A stretch of DNA of 47,707 nucleotides from Tubiluchus corallicola (Eukaryota > Animalia > Priapulida), in the NCBI GenBank assembly GCA_030141605.1, contig JAQGDQ010001316.1, positions 1-47,707 of the forward strand, written 5' to 3'. A program made the translations under genes and the position numbers. The notes under the pieces were generated by a model. It was given only the letters and a program-made list of their open reading frames with translations. It was not told where the DNA came from and ran no database searches. Positions 1 through 13,297 of the stretch are shown here, piece by piece. Position 1 is the first letter of the stretch. Each line of letters opens with the position of its first letter.

Positions 1-985
1 TTTCATATCCTACTCAATCCTGAAGTCTGGTAAAAATGTACATTTTAGCACCTATAATAATGTCAAAGTGTTTCTGAAAATTAAAGGAAAACAGCACGAT
101 TTTTTCATATCCTACTCAATCCTGAAGTCTGGTAAAAATGTACATTTTAGCACCTATAATAATGCCAAAGTGTTTCTGAAAATTAAAGGAAAACAGCACG
201 ATTTTTTCATATCCTACTCAATCCTGAAGTCTGGTAAAAATGTACATTTTAGCACCTATAATAATGCCAAAGTGTTTCTGAAAATTAAAGGAAAACAGCA
301 CGATTTTTTCATATCCTACTCAATCCTGAAGTCTGGTAAAAATGTACATTTTAGCACCTATAATAATGCCAAAGTGTTTCTGAAAATTAAAGGAAAACAG
401 CACCATTTTTTCATGTCCTACTCAATCCTGAAGTCTGGTAAAAATATACATTTTAGCACCTATAATAATGCCAAAGTGTTTCTGAAAATTAAAGGAAAAC
501 AGCACCATTTTTTCATATCCTACTCAATCCTGAAGTCTGGTAAAAATGTACATTTTAGCACCTATAATAATGTCAAAGTGTTTCTGAAAATTAAAGGAAA
601 ACAGCACGATTTTTTCATATCCTACTCAATCCTGAAGTCTGGTAAAAATGTACATTTTAGCACCTATAATAATGTCAAAGTGTTTCTGAAAATTAAAGGA
701 AAACAGCACGATTTTTTCATATCCTACTCAATCCTGAAGTCTGGTAAAAATGTACATTTTAGCACCTATAATAATGCCAAAGTGTTTCTGAAAATTAAAG
801 GAAAACAGCACCATTTTCATGTCCTACTCAATCTGAAGTCTGGTAAAAATGTACATTTTAGCCCTATAATAATGCCAAAGTGTTTCTGAAAATTAAAGGA
901 AAACAGCACGATTTTTTCATATCCTACTCAATCCTGAAGTCTGGTAAAAATGTACATTTTAGCACCTTTAAGGCCAAAGTGTTTC
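1..985 (+). repeat. 102-bp tandem array (~9.5 units, runs off window start); left arm of a large palindrome
   Basis: tttcatatcctactcaatcc recurs every 102 bp (1, 103, ...). Each unit contains ttaa|aggaaaacagcacgattttttcatat. The 34-aa periodic ORF 68..889 is a by-product. Confidence 0.97.
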
Positions 986-1009
986 GGATAATTACAAAAA
1001 CGTAATTAA

Positions 1010-1336
1010 AGGATGACAGAATGATTTTTCATATACTACCCCATTTTCAAGTATGATCAAAAGTATACATTTTAACACACTGAATACCTTACAGTAACAC
1101 TGTACTTCAATTTTCGCTTTCGCAAACACGTGAAACACGCTCGTGGAATATTTTTGCTGTTGGAAATTATGCTAGTTTGTGATGTCATGAATAGTTTGCC
1201 TCGCACGCCGTTAACTAAGTTTTTAACCTATTATTTAATTATCAGAAACGCTTTTACAGTATTAATTGTGTTAAAATGTATACTTTTGATCATACTTGAA
1301 AATGGGGTAGTATATGAAAAATCACCCTGTCTTCCT
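1010..1336. mobile_element. Rearranged Kolobok-like MITE core at the palindrome centre (~70-bp inverted ends, ~187-bp unique loop)
   Basis: Bounded by ttaa|aggatgacag (1006-1019) and gtcttcct|ataa (1329-1340). 1022-1079 is the reverse complement of 1267-1324. 1080-1336 is homologous to 44270-44526. Confidence 0.75.
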
Positions 1337-1360
1337 ATAATTACGTTTTTGCAATTATCC

Positions 1361-2372
1361 GAAACACTTTGGCGTTAAAGGTGCTAAAATGTACATTTTT
1401 ATCATACTTCAGGATTGAGTAGGATATGAAAAAAATCGTGCTGTTTTCCTTTAATTTTCAGAAACACTTTGGCATTATTATAGGTGCTAAAATGTATATT
1501 TTCACCACACTTCAGGATTGAGTAGGACATGAAAAAATGGTGCTGTTTTCCTTTAATTTTCAGAAACACTTTGACATTATTATAGGTGCTAAAATGTACA
1601 TTTTCACCAGACTTCAGGATTGAGTAGGATATGAAAAAATCGTGCTGTTTTCCTTTAATTTTCAGAAACACTTTGACATTATTATAGGTGCTAAAATGTA
1701 CATTTTTACCAGACTTCAGGATTGAGTAGGACATGAAAAAATGGTGCTGTTTTCCTTTAATTTTCAGAAACACTTTGACATTATTATAGGTGCTAAAATG
1801 TACATTTTTACCATACTTCAGTATTGAGTAGGATATGAAAAAATCGTGCTGTTTTCCTTTAATTTTCAGAAACACTTTGACATTATTATAGGTGCTAAAA
1901 TGTACATTTTTACCCTACTTCAGGATTGAGTAGGATATGAAAAAATCGTGCTGTTTTCCTTTAATTTTCAGAAACACTTTGGCATTATTATAGGTGCTAA
2001 AATGTACATTTTTACCCTACTTCAGGATTGAGTAGGATATGAAAAAATCGTGCTGTTTTCCTTTAATTTTCAGAAACACTTTGACATTATTATAGGTGCT
2101 AAAATGTACATTTTTACCATACTTCTGGATTGAGTAGGATATGAAAAAATCGTGCTGTTTTCCTTTAATTTTCAGAAACACTTTGACATTATTATAGGTG
2201 CTAAAATGTACATTTTTACCAGACTTCAGGATTGAGTAGGATATGAAAAAATCGTGCTGTTTTCCTTTAATTTTCAGAAACACTTTGACATTATTATAGG
2301 TGCTGAAATGTACATTTTTACCCTACTTCAGGATTGAGTAGGATATGAAAAAATGGTGATGTTTTCCTTTAA
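1361..2372 (-). repeat. 102-bp tandem array (~10 units), inverted; right arm of the palindrome
   Basis: Reverse complement of the 1-985 array. It ends exactly at ...gttttcct|ttaa (2361-2372). Confidence 0.97.
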
Positions 2373-2840
2373 AACGACACTGAAACCACTTTGTATACAG
2401 GAACGCCCCCTGCCACATCACTCATATGTCATCTGTTAATTAGAATTCCTCCAGAAAACGCCGGAGAGTGTTGAATTCCTCAAATGAGCACTAATTTCTA
2501 GCGAGGTTTCACCCTCCCCTATTTCCAGACCGTAAATCTTGGCCAAATACCCGGTTTTTAATCTGTCAATTCAAGGTGAAATGACAGAATGGTCAAGGTT
2601 AAAATCATCCGTGTGAATTTTCCAAGATGATTGTCGTAACGAGTGCTAGTTTTAACTGTGGTTATGAGAATATTAATGGCAAAATTTGTACGTACATTTT
2701 ATACTCGAACTGTTCCACAATTACTGCACTTTCTTAAAATTTCCGGTTTCATCTGGGATGGTTAGAAGAACTGTTTGAATAATGTTCAGATGAAAGACCC
2801 AGAAACGAAGCCACTCAACTTTGACATTCATTGAGATTAA

Positions 2841-3226
2841 AGGGAAACTTTACCCAATATTTCACTAAGGTTAAAACGATCTACTCTTTTAAATATTGAA
2901 AAGAAACACAGTATTTTCGTCAAAAATGACTTACGTGAAAGAATTATTACCACACATGTACAATTTCACGTTCAAGCCACTAGTTCTTTTTTTGCTGTTG
3001 CATGCATTTCGTCATTCGCTAGTTAGACGGGCACTAGCACCTGCATTTCAGAAATGAATTGCACAAAAAACAGATGTTGTACCTCTCAGTTCAGATGTGT
3101 TAGTTTGTGACGAACTGCACACGTTCGAAAGCTGATGCGTGAGCACAGCGGTAAATTTGAAAATTGAAATTTTGTCTTAAAACTTGCCTTGTTTTAGTAC
3201 AACACACTGAATATCTTACAGTAGCA
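2841..3226 (+). mobile_element. Truncated 5' part of Kolobok-like MITE (family A)
   Basis: Starts after ttaa (2837-2840) with agggaaac. Colinear with 43921-44290 (ctactcttt, cattcgctagttagacgggca, gcgtgagcacagc). Confidence 0.75.
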
Positions 3227-4581
3227 TTGGAAGTTTTAAGGCAAGTTTTAAGACAATATGTGTGTGGGGGGAATGATATGTACACGGAGGATCCGTGTTC
3301 GAATCCCGCTGAAGGTTAATTTTTTTGTATTTTTCACTAAAGGCAATTTTGAATGAAACAAATGAAAGCTTTCTGGGATTTGCTGAATTGCACCTGCATG
3401 TCTTGCTTTCTGGAATTTGCTGACTTGCACCTGCACGTCTTGCTTTGAGTGTTTCTCTCTCTCTTTGCTTATGCATCACATTCATCTCTCTGCCTCTTCC
3501 TCTGCGTCTGTATCAGCTTCTTTATTGAAATCTCTGCTAAAAAAGTAGGTGGTCCTAGCTAGTCTTGAGGAAGTTGACAATTAACTCAGTTCTGTGTAAT
3601 TTATTTCTTGATACAGTCACTCTGTGGCACAAGGAATGACGTTTGACAGAGAGAGTGCAGAAAATGAGCGAATGAACGAATGAAGAATTAATCGAAGAGA
3701 CGAATGAGGACATAATTTGTCTAAATCTAGTTTATCTGGTTTAGAAATGTAGAGAAAATAAAGCAATAGAAATTGAAATAAACTCAAACAGATATATATG
3801 TACAAAACATACAAATATATACATACAAATACTGATAAACAAAGATGTATGTACATAAATAGTTAGTAGATATGAAACAGTGAATAATATAACAATTAAA
3901 TAATAGCAATAACTATCTTAGAATTTACCATAAATATATAAAAGGGAACCTAAAGTCTGATCACATTAAAACGTTTTGTGCTCCTAATGTAATTTTTTAC
4001 GGTCAACATCAACATTAAAATCATCTCTCCCACAAAGATACATTGACCAGTGGCTATTAACCAATAGGCTAACTAGATTATAGCCTGGGGCGCCAAAGCT
4101 TGAGGGACGTCACATTTTAGAGAGAACCCTTATTCTCCTTTGAAAATGTGTATACTTTCATATTCGTGTAAAGGGCGCTTTTTTGTAACACACCACAGGC
4201 AGTTACTGAGCAAAGCTTTTATATAAGTGCCACATAACAAACAGGTACAAGGTACGAGCGCAGCCTGCTTGAATATAAACGCTACGTAAATACATGTAAT
4301 TAATAATTAGTAATAATGACCATGTAGAAAGTAGCTTAATAATGTTTCTAATACACCACAAGCAATTGTTTAATCTGCTCATTACATAAATTCGCAATGG
4401 CGACTGGCGGGGCAGAACTATGAGTCTAGGGCGTCGTGAAATCTTGATACGCCCCTAACTATAACAACAAATCACTATTAGTGTTTAACGGAATTGATCA
4501 GCATAGAGTGTAACTAATAGTAATAGTTTAAATATTTGTCGTAATTTATTAAATTCGTTTTACGTAATACTGAAAGATTGA

Positions 4582-6241
<1,660 letters not shown>

Positions 6242-6498
6242 TATATATATGTTGATGCATGAATCTCAGTTAGACAGGAGTGCATTAAACTGCTCGAACT
6301 GAATTTTTTACTTAAAATACATCCATGAATTATCTATTGCGAATAGTACGTAAACTGCTAAATTAACTGCAACTAGTAGACTGGATTTCATAAAATTTTC
6401 TCATTTTTATTGTAAAACGGAAGTATCATATTTTTGTTTCTTAATTACAGCCAGTAGGTGTGTATTCAGCTTCAATTTTAAATTTTAAAACATTTGCG

Positions 6499-7238
6499 TT
6501 TGGTAAAACGTCACTAACCTTTCCAGTGTGCACCACTGTTGATCGTGTTGACAATATAAAGTCATTTCAATGGTTTTGTTTCGTTAGTGAAGAATGAGCT
6601 ACGAATGCTCTGATTATTTTTTCAAACTTTATGTAATGTTTTCTAAACTTGTTTCAAACGACTTACCGTTTGGTGTCTAGCAGTCATCGCGGGAGTTTAA
6701 ATTTATCAGTTTTATTCAGCGTTACTGCCAACACCAGCTCTATGTGCAATAAGACAGCATTGAGTAAGTGATCGAAAATACCTAGACCAATTTTTAAGCT
6801 TTATTTGTGAAAAATGTTTTCTTTGCTTTAAAACACAGTCATCTATCCATTTACCAGTCAAGTATAAGATTGCTTTAAAACACAAGAAAATCCTCCACTT
6901 ACATGAAGCTTAAAAAATTCGTCTTTTAAATTCGTCTTATTCGAATTTTATACCACTTACATACTAGCTTTTCGTATGTATGGCTTGCGTCGGCAGTAAC
7001 GCTGTATAAAACGTGTAAATTTAAACTCGATTACCGTTAGGCGCAGCCATTTTTATGGAAGGTCGTTTGAAACAAGTTTTGATAACATTAAGTAAAGTTT
7101 CAAAAAATAATCAGAGCATTCGTAGCATGCATGTTGGTAATTAAGTAAAATTTTAAATCACTGTATCTTGTCAGTAAAATTAAAAATACGTTTTTGGTTA
7201 GTGAGTGGCGCACCCTGGAGTCAGCGACATTTTACAAA
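6499..7238. repeat. Degenerate inverted repeat / foldback-type element, ~310-bp arms
   Basis: 6598-6664 (gctacgaatgctctgattattttttcaaacttt...aaacttgtttcaaacgac) is the reverse complement of 7060-7126. Also 6695-6730 pairs with 6990-7027, and 6499-6535 with 7206-7238. Confidence 0.8.
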
Positions 7239-7964
7239 TTTGCACGAACATTTTAATTATTATTTCTAGTTACACAAGTCTTTCCAGCAGGTAAGTGAAA
7301 TGCTAAGTAATATAAATTTGCATGGAAAGATCTTTGGGACATAATTTAACATTCCCCTTTCTTCCCCCGATTTACGTGGGAGATTTAAAATGAAAACAAA
7401 CAAAAATTCCTTTTAACGCGAGTACGATATACGCATAAAATTTCTGTAAAGTATTATAATTTTTTGAGGTGATTTTTCTGAAACCAACTTCAGCTGCCCC
7501 TTTTCTTGTCCTTTAAGTCTAGAACGTTCTGTTTTTATTTGGTCTTACTAGCTAGCTCACTAACAACTGACTAACCAAAAGCCTGCTCCTCATACACTTC
7601 CACGCTCTGTAAGCGGCGGCAGGACTGGACCCTTGCTACTTATAACTTCTCTATCATGAGATACTAAATCGACATTGTAGTCTTGGCTATATTCAGAATG
7701 AGTAATGAACATACATTCATTCCCAATGAGTCAAATAACAGTGCACATGATTGCCACCTAAAGTGAATTCTCTTCTCGACAGTCATCCATCCATTTGCCA
7801 GTCAAGTATAAGGTTGCTTTACTTTTCCGAGTAAACATGCATATTTCTCTAACCCGATTATAAAACTAATTGTTAATTCATTTGCTATGAGCGCTTCTGT
7901 GATTTAGCTATGCAAAAACTTTTTCGAAAAAACTATGCAAAGTAAAGTTTACTGTTAAACTTAC

Positions 7965-8049
7965 CAAGAGCCGAAGTTGCTAAGACGACAACGATGGCTG
8001 TGACGCTGATGAGTACGTGCATCTTCATCCCGAATGAATGATCTCCCAT
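7965..8049 (-). CDS. First coding exon of a secreted/cell-surface protein (signal peptide MGDHSFGMKMHVLISVTAIVVVLATSAL, phase-1 intron follows)
   Basis: accATGG Kozak context, then 28 codons + 1 nt followed by gtaagt (7964-7959). The peptide has a basic residue, a hydrophobic core and a small-residue end. It lies directly downstream of TATA/Inr. Downstream exons were not identified. Confidence 0.75.
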
Positions 8050-8071
8050 GGTGCTGATGCTGGTGATTGGA

Positions 8072-8213
8072 AACTGATTAGCGAAAGCAAGCGGGGCGCT
8101 CTATATACTGCGCATCTCTTAGCCGCTTCTTGATTCACCTGATTTATGAAACTTTTGTACCCGTGACGTCATCAACGCTTTTGTCTACTGGATATTGTGC
8201 GTGGTCACGTGAC
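8072..8213 (-). promoter_or_regulatory. Pol II core promoter: Inr TCAGTT (8077-8072), TATA-like TATATAG (8107-8101), CRE TGACGTCA (8164-8171), E-box GTCACGTGAC (8204-8213)
   Basis: The TATA start is 32 nt upstream of the Inr adenine (8075), which is canonical spacing. Two perfect palindromic sites lie within 140 nt upstream. Confidence 0.75.
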
Positions 8214-8356
8214 GATTAAATGAAGCCAGTCTTCAAAGGGTGGAAACATCATTGATGAAAAACTTTAAAGAATTCTCTTGCTGGCGGTAATGGATGTTGA
8301 GCAAAGTGTTTGGGTTTAATGGTTTAGCTTAGGGTGGTTTTTTTATTGTTAAGTAT

Positions 8357-8623
8357 TAGTCTATAGATACTGGAGTGAAAGTGGGGGTGGGGGGGGTGTT
8401 AGGAAGATTGAGCTGGGGTTGAGAGACGGGAGGGTAGCGACTGCAGTGTGTAGAGGTAATGAAAACTGCATCACTGACCACTCAACAACAACAACAACAA
8501 TAGTTTATAGATACTAGAGTGAAAGTGAGTGGAGGGGGGAGGGGAGATTGAGCTGGGGTTGAGAGACGGGAGGGTAGCGACTGCAGTGTGTAGAGGTAAT
8601 GAAAACTGCATCACTGGCCACTC

Positions 8624-8659
<36 letters not shown>

Positions 8660-9980
8660 AGTCTATAGAAACTAGAGTGAAAGTGAATGGAGGGGGGAGG
8701 GGAGATTGAGCTGGGGTTGAGAGACGGGAGGGTAGCGACTGCAGTGTGTAGAGGTAATGAAAACTGCATCACTGGCCACTCAACAACAACAACAGCATCA
8801 TCATCATCAACAACAACAACAACAATAGTCTATAGATACTAGAGTGAAAGTGAATGGAGGGGGGAGGGGAGATTGAGCTGGGGTTGAGAGACGGGAGGGT
8901 AGCGACTGCAGTGTGTAGAGGTAATGAAAACTGCATCACTGGCCACTCAACAACAACAATAACATCATCATCAACAACAACAACAACAATAGTCTATAGA
9001 TACTAGAGTGAAAGTGAATGGAGGGGGGAGGGGAGATTGAGCTGGGGTTGAGAGACGGGAGGGTAGCGACTGCAGTGTGTAGAGGTAATGAAAAACTGCA
9101 TCACTGGCCACTCAACAACAACAACAGCAGCATCATCATCAACAACAACAACAACAATAGTCTATAGATACTAGAGTGAAAGTGGGGGGGGGGGGGGAGA
9201 TTGAGCTGGGGTTGAGAGACGGGAGGGTAGCGACTGCAGTGTGTAGAGGTAATGAAAAACTGCATCACTGGCCACTCAACAACAACAACAGCAGCATCAT
9301 CATCAACAACAACAACAACAATAGTCTATAGATACTAGAGTGAAAGTGAGGGGGGGAGATTGAGCTGGGGTTGAGAGACGGGAGGGTAGCGACTGCAGTG
9401 TGTAGAGGTAATGAAAACTGCATCACTGGCCACTCAACAACAACAACAGCATCATCATCAACAACAACAACAACAATAGTCTATAGATACTAGAGTGAAA
9501 GTGAAAGTGAGGAGGGAAGGGAGATTGAGCTGGGGTTGAGAGACGGGAGGGTAGCGACTGCAGTGTGTAGAGGTAATGAAAACTGCATCACTGGCCACTC
9601 AACAACAACAACAACAACAACAACAGCAACAACAACAACAACAATAGTCTATAGAAACTAGAGTGAAAGTGAATGGAGGGGGGAGGGGAGATTGAGCTGG
9701 GGTTGAGAGACGGGAGGGTAGCGACTGCAGTGTGTAGAGGTAATGAAAACTGCATCACTGGCCACTCAACAACAAGAACAGCGGCATCATCAACAACAAC
9801 AACAACAACAATAGTTTATAGATACTAGAGTGAAAGTGGGGGGGGGGGGGAGAGATTGAGCTGGGGTTGAGAGACGGGAGGGTAGCGACTGCAGTGTGTA
9901 GAGGTAATGAAAACTGCATCACTGGCCACTCAACAACAACAATAACATCATCATCAACAACAACAACAACAACAACAACA
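8357..9980 (+). repeat. Composite tandem array, 10 units of ~145-170 bp: constant blocks separated by a variable G-tract and a variable (AAC/AGC/ATC)n tail
   Basis: Unit starts at ~8357, 8500, 8659, 8826, 8989, 9157, 9322, 9477, 9645, 9812. The core gagattgagctggggttgagagacgggagggtagcgactgcagtgtgtagaggtaatgaaaactgcatcactggccactc is almost invariant. Confidence 0.97.
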
Positions 9981-10999
9981 GTGGTTGTGTGTGGCCTTTA
10001 TTTATGCACAGTTATGTGGGTTGTAAGAACTTTCTCTAACTGAGGCTTAACTTAATCTAACAACCCTGTTGACTTCAATTTCGCGTTCCCACAGCTTCTG
10101 TAAAACTGTCTCTCCTCCCCCCCCCTCCGGTAAGGTCGTTTGGTGAGCTAAATTATTATACCTTATTCGTTTATGCGACTTCTAGTCTTCCCACCTTTCC
10201 GTTTATGGCGGCGGCAGCGACGGTGACAATGACTATGGCAATGAGAATAACCGGCGAAGAACAAACGCGTTTTGCTCAAATTTAACCGGATGACTAATTT
10301 TTTAATAACTGCTAGGGCAGGTGAATTGTTAGTCAATAATATACAAGCAATAGTGTAAAAAGCTTACCATTATTGTTGAGTGCTAGTGGCGAGACCAGAA
10401 CCTAGGTCATTGCCAAGTATAATCCTCTGAAATGAGAGGTTGAACGAGCACAGGGGTTTTCCTCTTGACAATCCTTTGGAACAATGTACATCTTTCTCTT
10501 CTACGACAGACGTAGCAGTCCAAGTCAGATGACACGCAAGCAGTTTTTCAAGAAATCACCCATCCATTTACTAAACAAGTCATCAGTGTTTCACTTGCAA
10601 AACACACAGCATGGGTTACCCACTATTCCTGTTTTCACCGAATCATTGTAAGGCTCTAGCTAGCTTTTAAGCCTGCTACCATTACAATAGCATGGGCTAC
10701 GATGCATTGTCAAGTGCACTTAACCTTTGACCTTTGACCTAATCAATAACTGGAACTGTGAAAAGGCTTGTTGCAATACGTATGTCAGTTTCATTAAATA
10801 CACATTAGTAGGTATTAAATTGTTAATATCATTAGCGACTGTGAAAAGTATAATACATGCACTATTACACCAAGACCGCTGGCTTCTTGACATTTTCTCC
10901 TTGACTGTCAAGGTCACTAGGTCAATAATGAAATTAGAATGATGGTATTGCTGGTGATTTGGCATTGTTTACTAAACATTTGTTAATTTTTTTTTTCAG

Positions 11000-11212
11000 G
11001 TGATATACATGGATGCAATCCAATACTTCCCGGATGATTTACAGGATGTTCTGGACATGATGACGGAGAAAGAGATCCGGATTCGAGCTCCGATCGAAGA
11101 GATCGAACTTCTGTTAGCCAATGTCGAAGCCACTGACGTTGCAGAACCTGCGGATGAAGATACTGCTGTTGCTGGCGGCAACAGTGTAGGTGCACATGAC
11201 GCTGTTACGTGA
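11000..11212 (+). CDS. Possible terminal coding exon, acidic 70-aa segment of unknown protein
   Basis: Immediately follows a strong acceptor ttttttttttcag|G. Higher GC, non-repetitive, open in phase 0 to TGA. No upstream exon was confidently found. Confidence 0.35.
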   Translation: MIYMDAIQYFPDDLQDVLDMMTEKEIRIRAPIEEIELLLANVEATDVAEPADEDTAVAGGNSVGAHDAVT

Positions 11213-11353
11213 AAGAGCGTGTCAATTTCTTGTTGATGATAGACTTCAGTCTGTGTAGCCTGGTGGCGACACATAGTGGACAAATTGTCAAATACCTTCT
11301 CGGTAATGAGGTTGCATAACTCTAGTCACTTATGATTCCCGTCAATTGTTACC

Positions 11354-11655
11354 TTGTGGTGCCACCTACTGGGCAAATTAGTCATAAAAGTGCACCTAAG
11401 TGGTGATGATATTAATCGTTTCCAGTTTGTGTTGCATTGTGGTGCCACCTATTGGGAAAATTACTCATAAAAGTGCACCTAAGTGGTGATGATATTAATC
11501 GTTTCCAGTTTGTGTTGCATTGTGGTGCCACCTATTGGGCAAATTACTCATAAAAGTGCACCTAAGTGGTGGTGATATTAATCCTTTCCAGTTAGCGTTG
11601 CATTGTGGTGTCACCTGCTGGGCAAATTAATATTAAAACTGCACTTCTCTGGTGA
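11354..11655 (+). repeat. 83-bp tandem repeat, ~3.6 copies
   Basis: ttgtggtgccacct at 11354, 11437, 11520, 11603. Confidence 0.92.
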
Positions 11656-12929
11656 CGACTTTGAACAAATTCTTATACATATTTAACGGAGTATTGTATA
11701 CGTGTTCTGTTGAATTTATCTTAGATATCTTTGGAGGATAAACTTTGCAAGAAAATTTACAATTTCTAGTGTACCCGAAATTAAATTAAACACCAGATAC
11801 ATTGTGGTTGGCAGAGGTTTTGAAAACTCTAGTAGCTGATCAGACATTAAACTAATTTAAAACGTCACTATTGGATGGCCAGTGTAACCAGGCAACCATG
11901 ATGCCACGGTCAGTGTAACTTCAAAGCAGTTTCTTCAAAAAATCTTTCGAGCTTTGTTCAGCAGATGTTGCTGTAGTCGTTATTTTTATGTAGTTAGCAG
12001 ACTCAGGCTTGAATATGAAGTTTTGGGGTCCTAAGCTAATGAAATTATGGTTCCCCCTCATACAGGGCCACCCCGTAACTCCCCCGCACCTATCTTGAAT
12101 CATTTTTATTCGTGATATATTTTAGTGACATTTACATAGCTTGAACGTATTGCAAATTCTTTAAATAAAACAGAATGATTATCTTTTGTTTGTCAACAAA
12201 AATATTCTTGTAAGAGTTACCACTATTTTACTATTTGTTGCAAATCAAATTCACACATTTTTCTAGGGTCTCCAAGCTTGAAGGGCCATAGACTGGAGCT
12301 TATAAGATCCTGCAGGGTAATCCGACCCAAACCTTTAATTCTGCTCTCAATACCAATGTTATTGTTAAAGTTAAATATTATGCTATTGTTTAACTTGCTA
12401 TTGTTTAACAATGCTATTGTTAAAGTTTAATATTTAACCTCTTGAATCTGTTCCTTCACATAATGTCTTAAAAATTATTGGTTGATTCAATGGTGATGTT
12501 TTTAAATGCTGTCAATGCTTGTAAAAACTGTCCACAGATGGCTCTGTTGTCTCATAAGACGCATATCCAAATTTTGCAGAATCATTGAGTTTTTTATATC
12601 AAAGTTTATTATAAATTTCTCTTATTTACAGTACATTGTCTAGATAACAATAAATATTTTTATTTACTTGTATGAAAACAAGTATTACATACGAATAAAT
12701 ACATGTATTTCATGTACATATATGTACAAAATGTAACATATTCTTAATAAGTATAAAACATGATAGTTATTTGTATACATGCTGTACACAAGTACAAAAT
12801 TAAATACATTTCACACAAATACGACGTTTAACTTTTACAATTATTGTGAAAACTGCCTGTAGATGGCACTGCGTAGTGTTATCTAGGCCTACCAATGTAT
12901 ATAAGGCATACAGTACAGTTTGAATAAGC

Positions 12930-13155
12930 CTTAATTGTGACTTTTCCTAGTCAAAATTAATTGTGAGCTTTTTCCTAGCCAAAATTAATTGTGAGCTTTT
13001 TCCTAGCCAAAATTAATTGTGGATTTTTGCTAGTCAAAATTAATTGTGACTTTTTGCTAGTCAAAATTAATTGTGGATTTTTTAGCCAAAATAGTGACTT
13101 TTTTGTAGACAAAATTAATTGTGACTTCTTAACCAAAATTGTGACTTTTTTCCGT
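12930..13155 (+). repeat. ~28-bp AT-rich minisatellite (aaaattaattgtgagctttttcctagcc), ~8 degenerate copies
   Basis: Repeated aaaattaattgtg motif. Confidence 0.88.
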
Positions 13156-13297
13156 GATTTTTCCGTGTGACTTTATTAACTATCACATTTTAAGACACAT
13201 TAACTTTGGCTTAATCGAAAGGTTTTGTTTTAATCAAGGTTGCCTAACGTTTATAGCCCAAAAAGAGTAAAAACATTAGATACTGTACCACCACGAC

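Noticed and set aside
68-2283. 34-aa periodic ORFs (VFLKIKGKQHDFFISYSILKSGKNVHFSTYNNAK)
   Set aside because: They arise from a 102-bp unit that lacks stops in one frame, are mirrored on both strands, and have no splice or start context.
3468-3545. Candidate exon 2 of the signal-peptide gene (ttttttag|CA GAG ATT..., giving AEISIKKLIQTQRKRQRDECDA*)
   Set aside because: The phase fits and basic pairs are present, but the acceptor is weak, the peptide is short and nothing else supports it. Left unresolved.
8357-9980. CRISPR-like constant/variable alternation
   Set aside because: The variable parts are only G-runs and trinucleotide slippage products, not unique spacers. The constant part is ~110 bp, there are no cas genes, and the context is eukaryotic.
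10205-10285. ATGGCGGCGGCAGCG start-like sequence as exon 1 for the 11000 exon
   Set aside because: It reaches TAA after 26 codons with no convincing donor before the stop.
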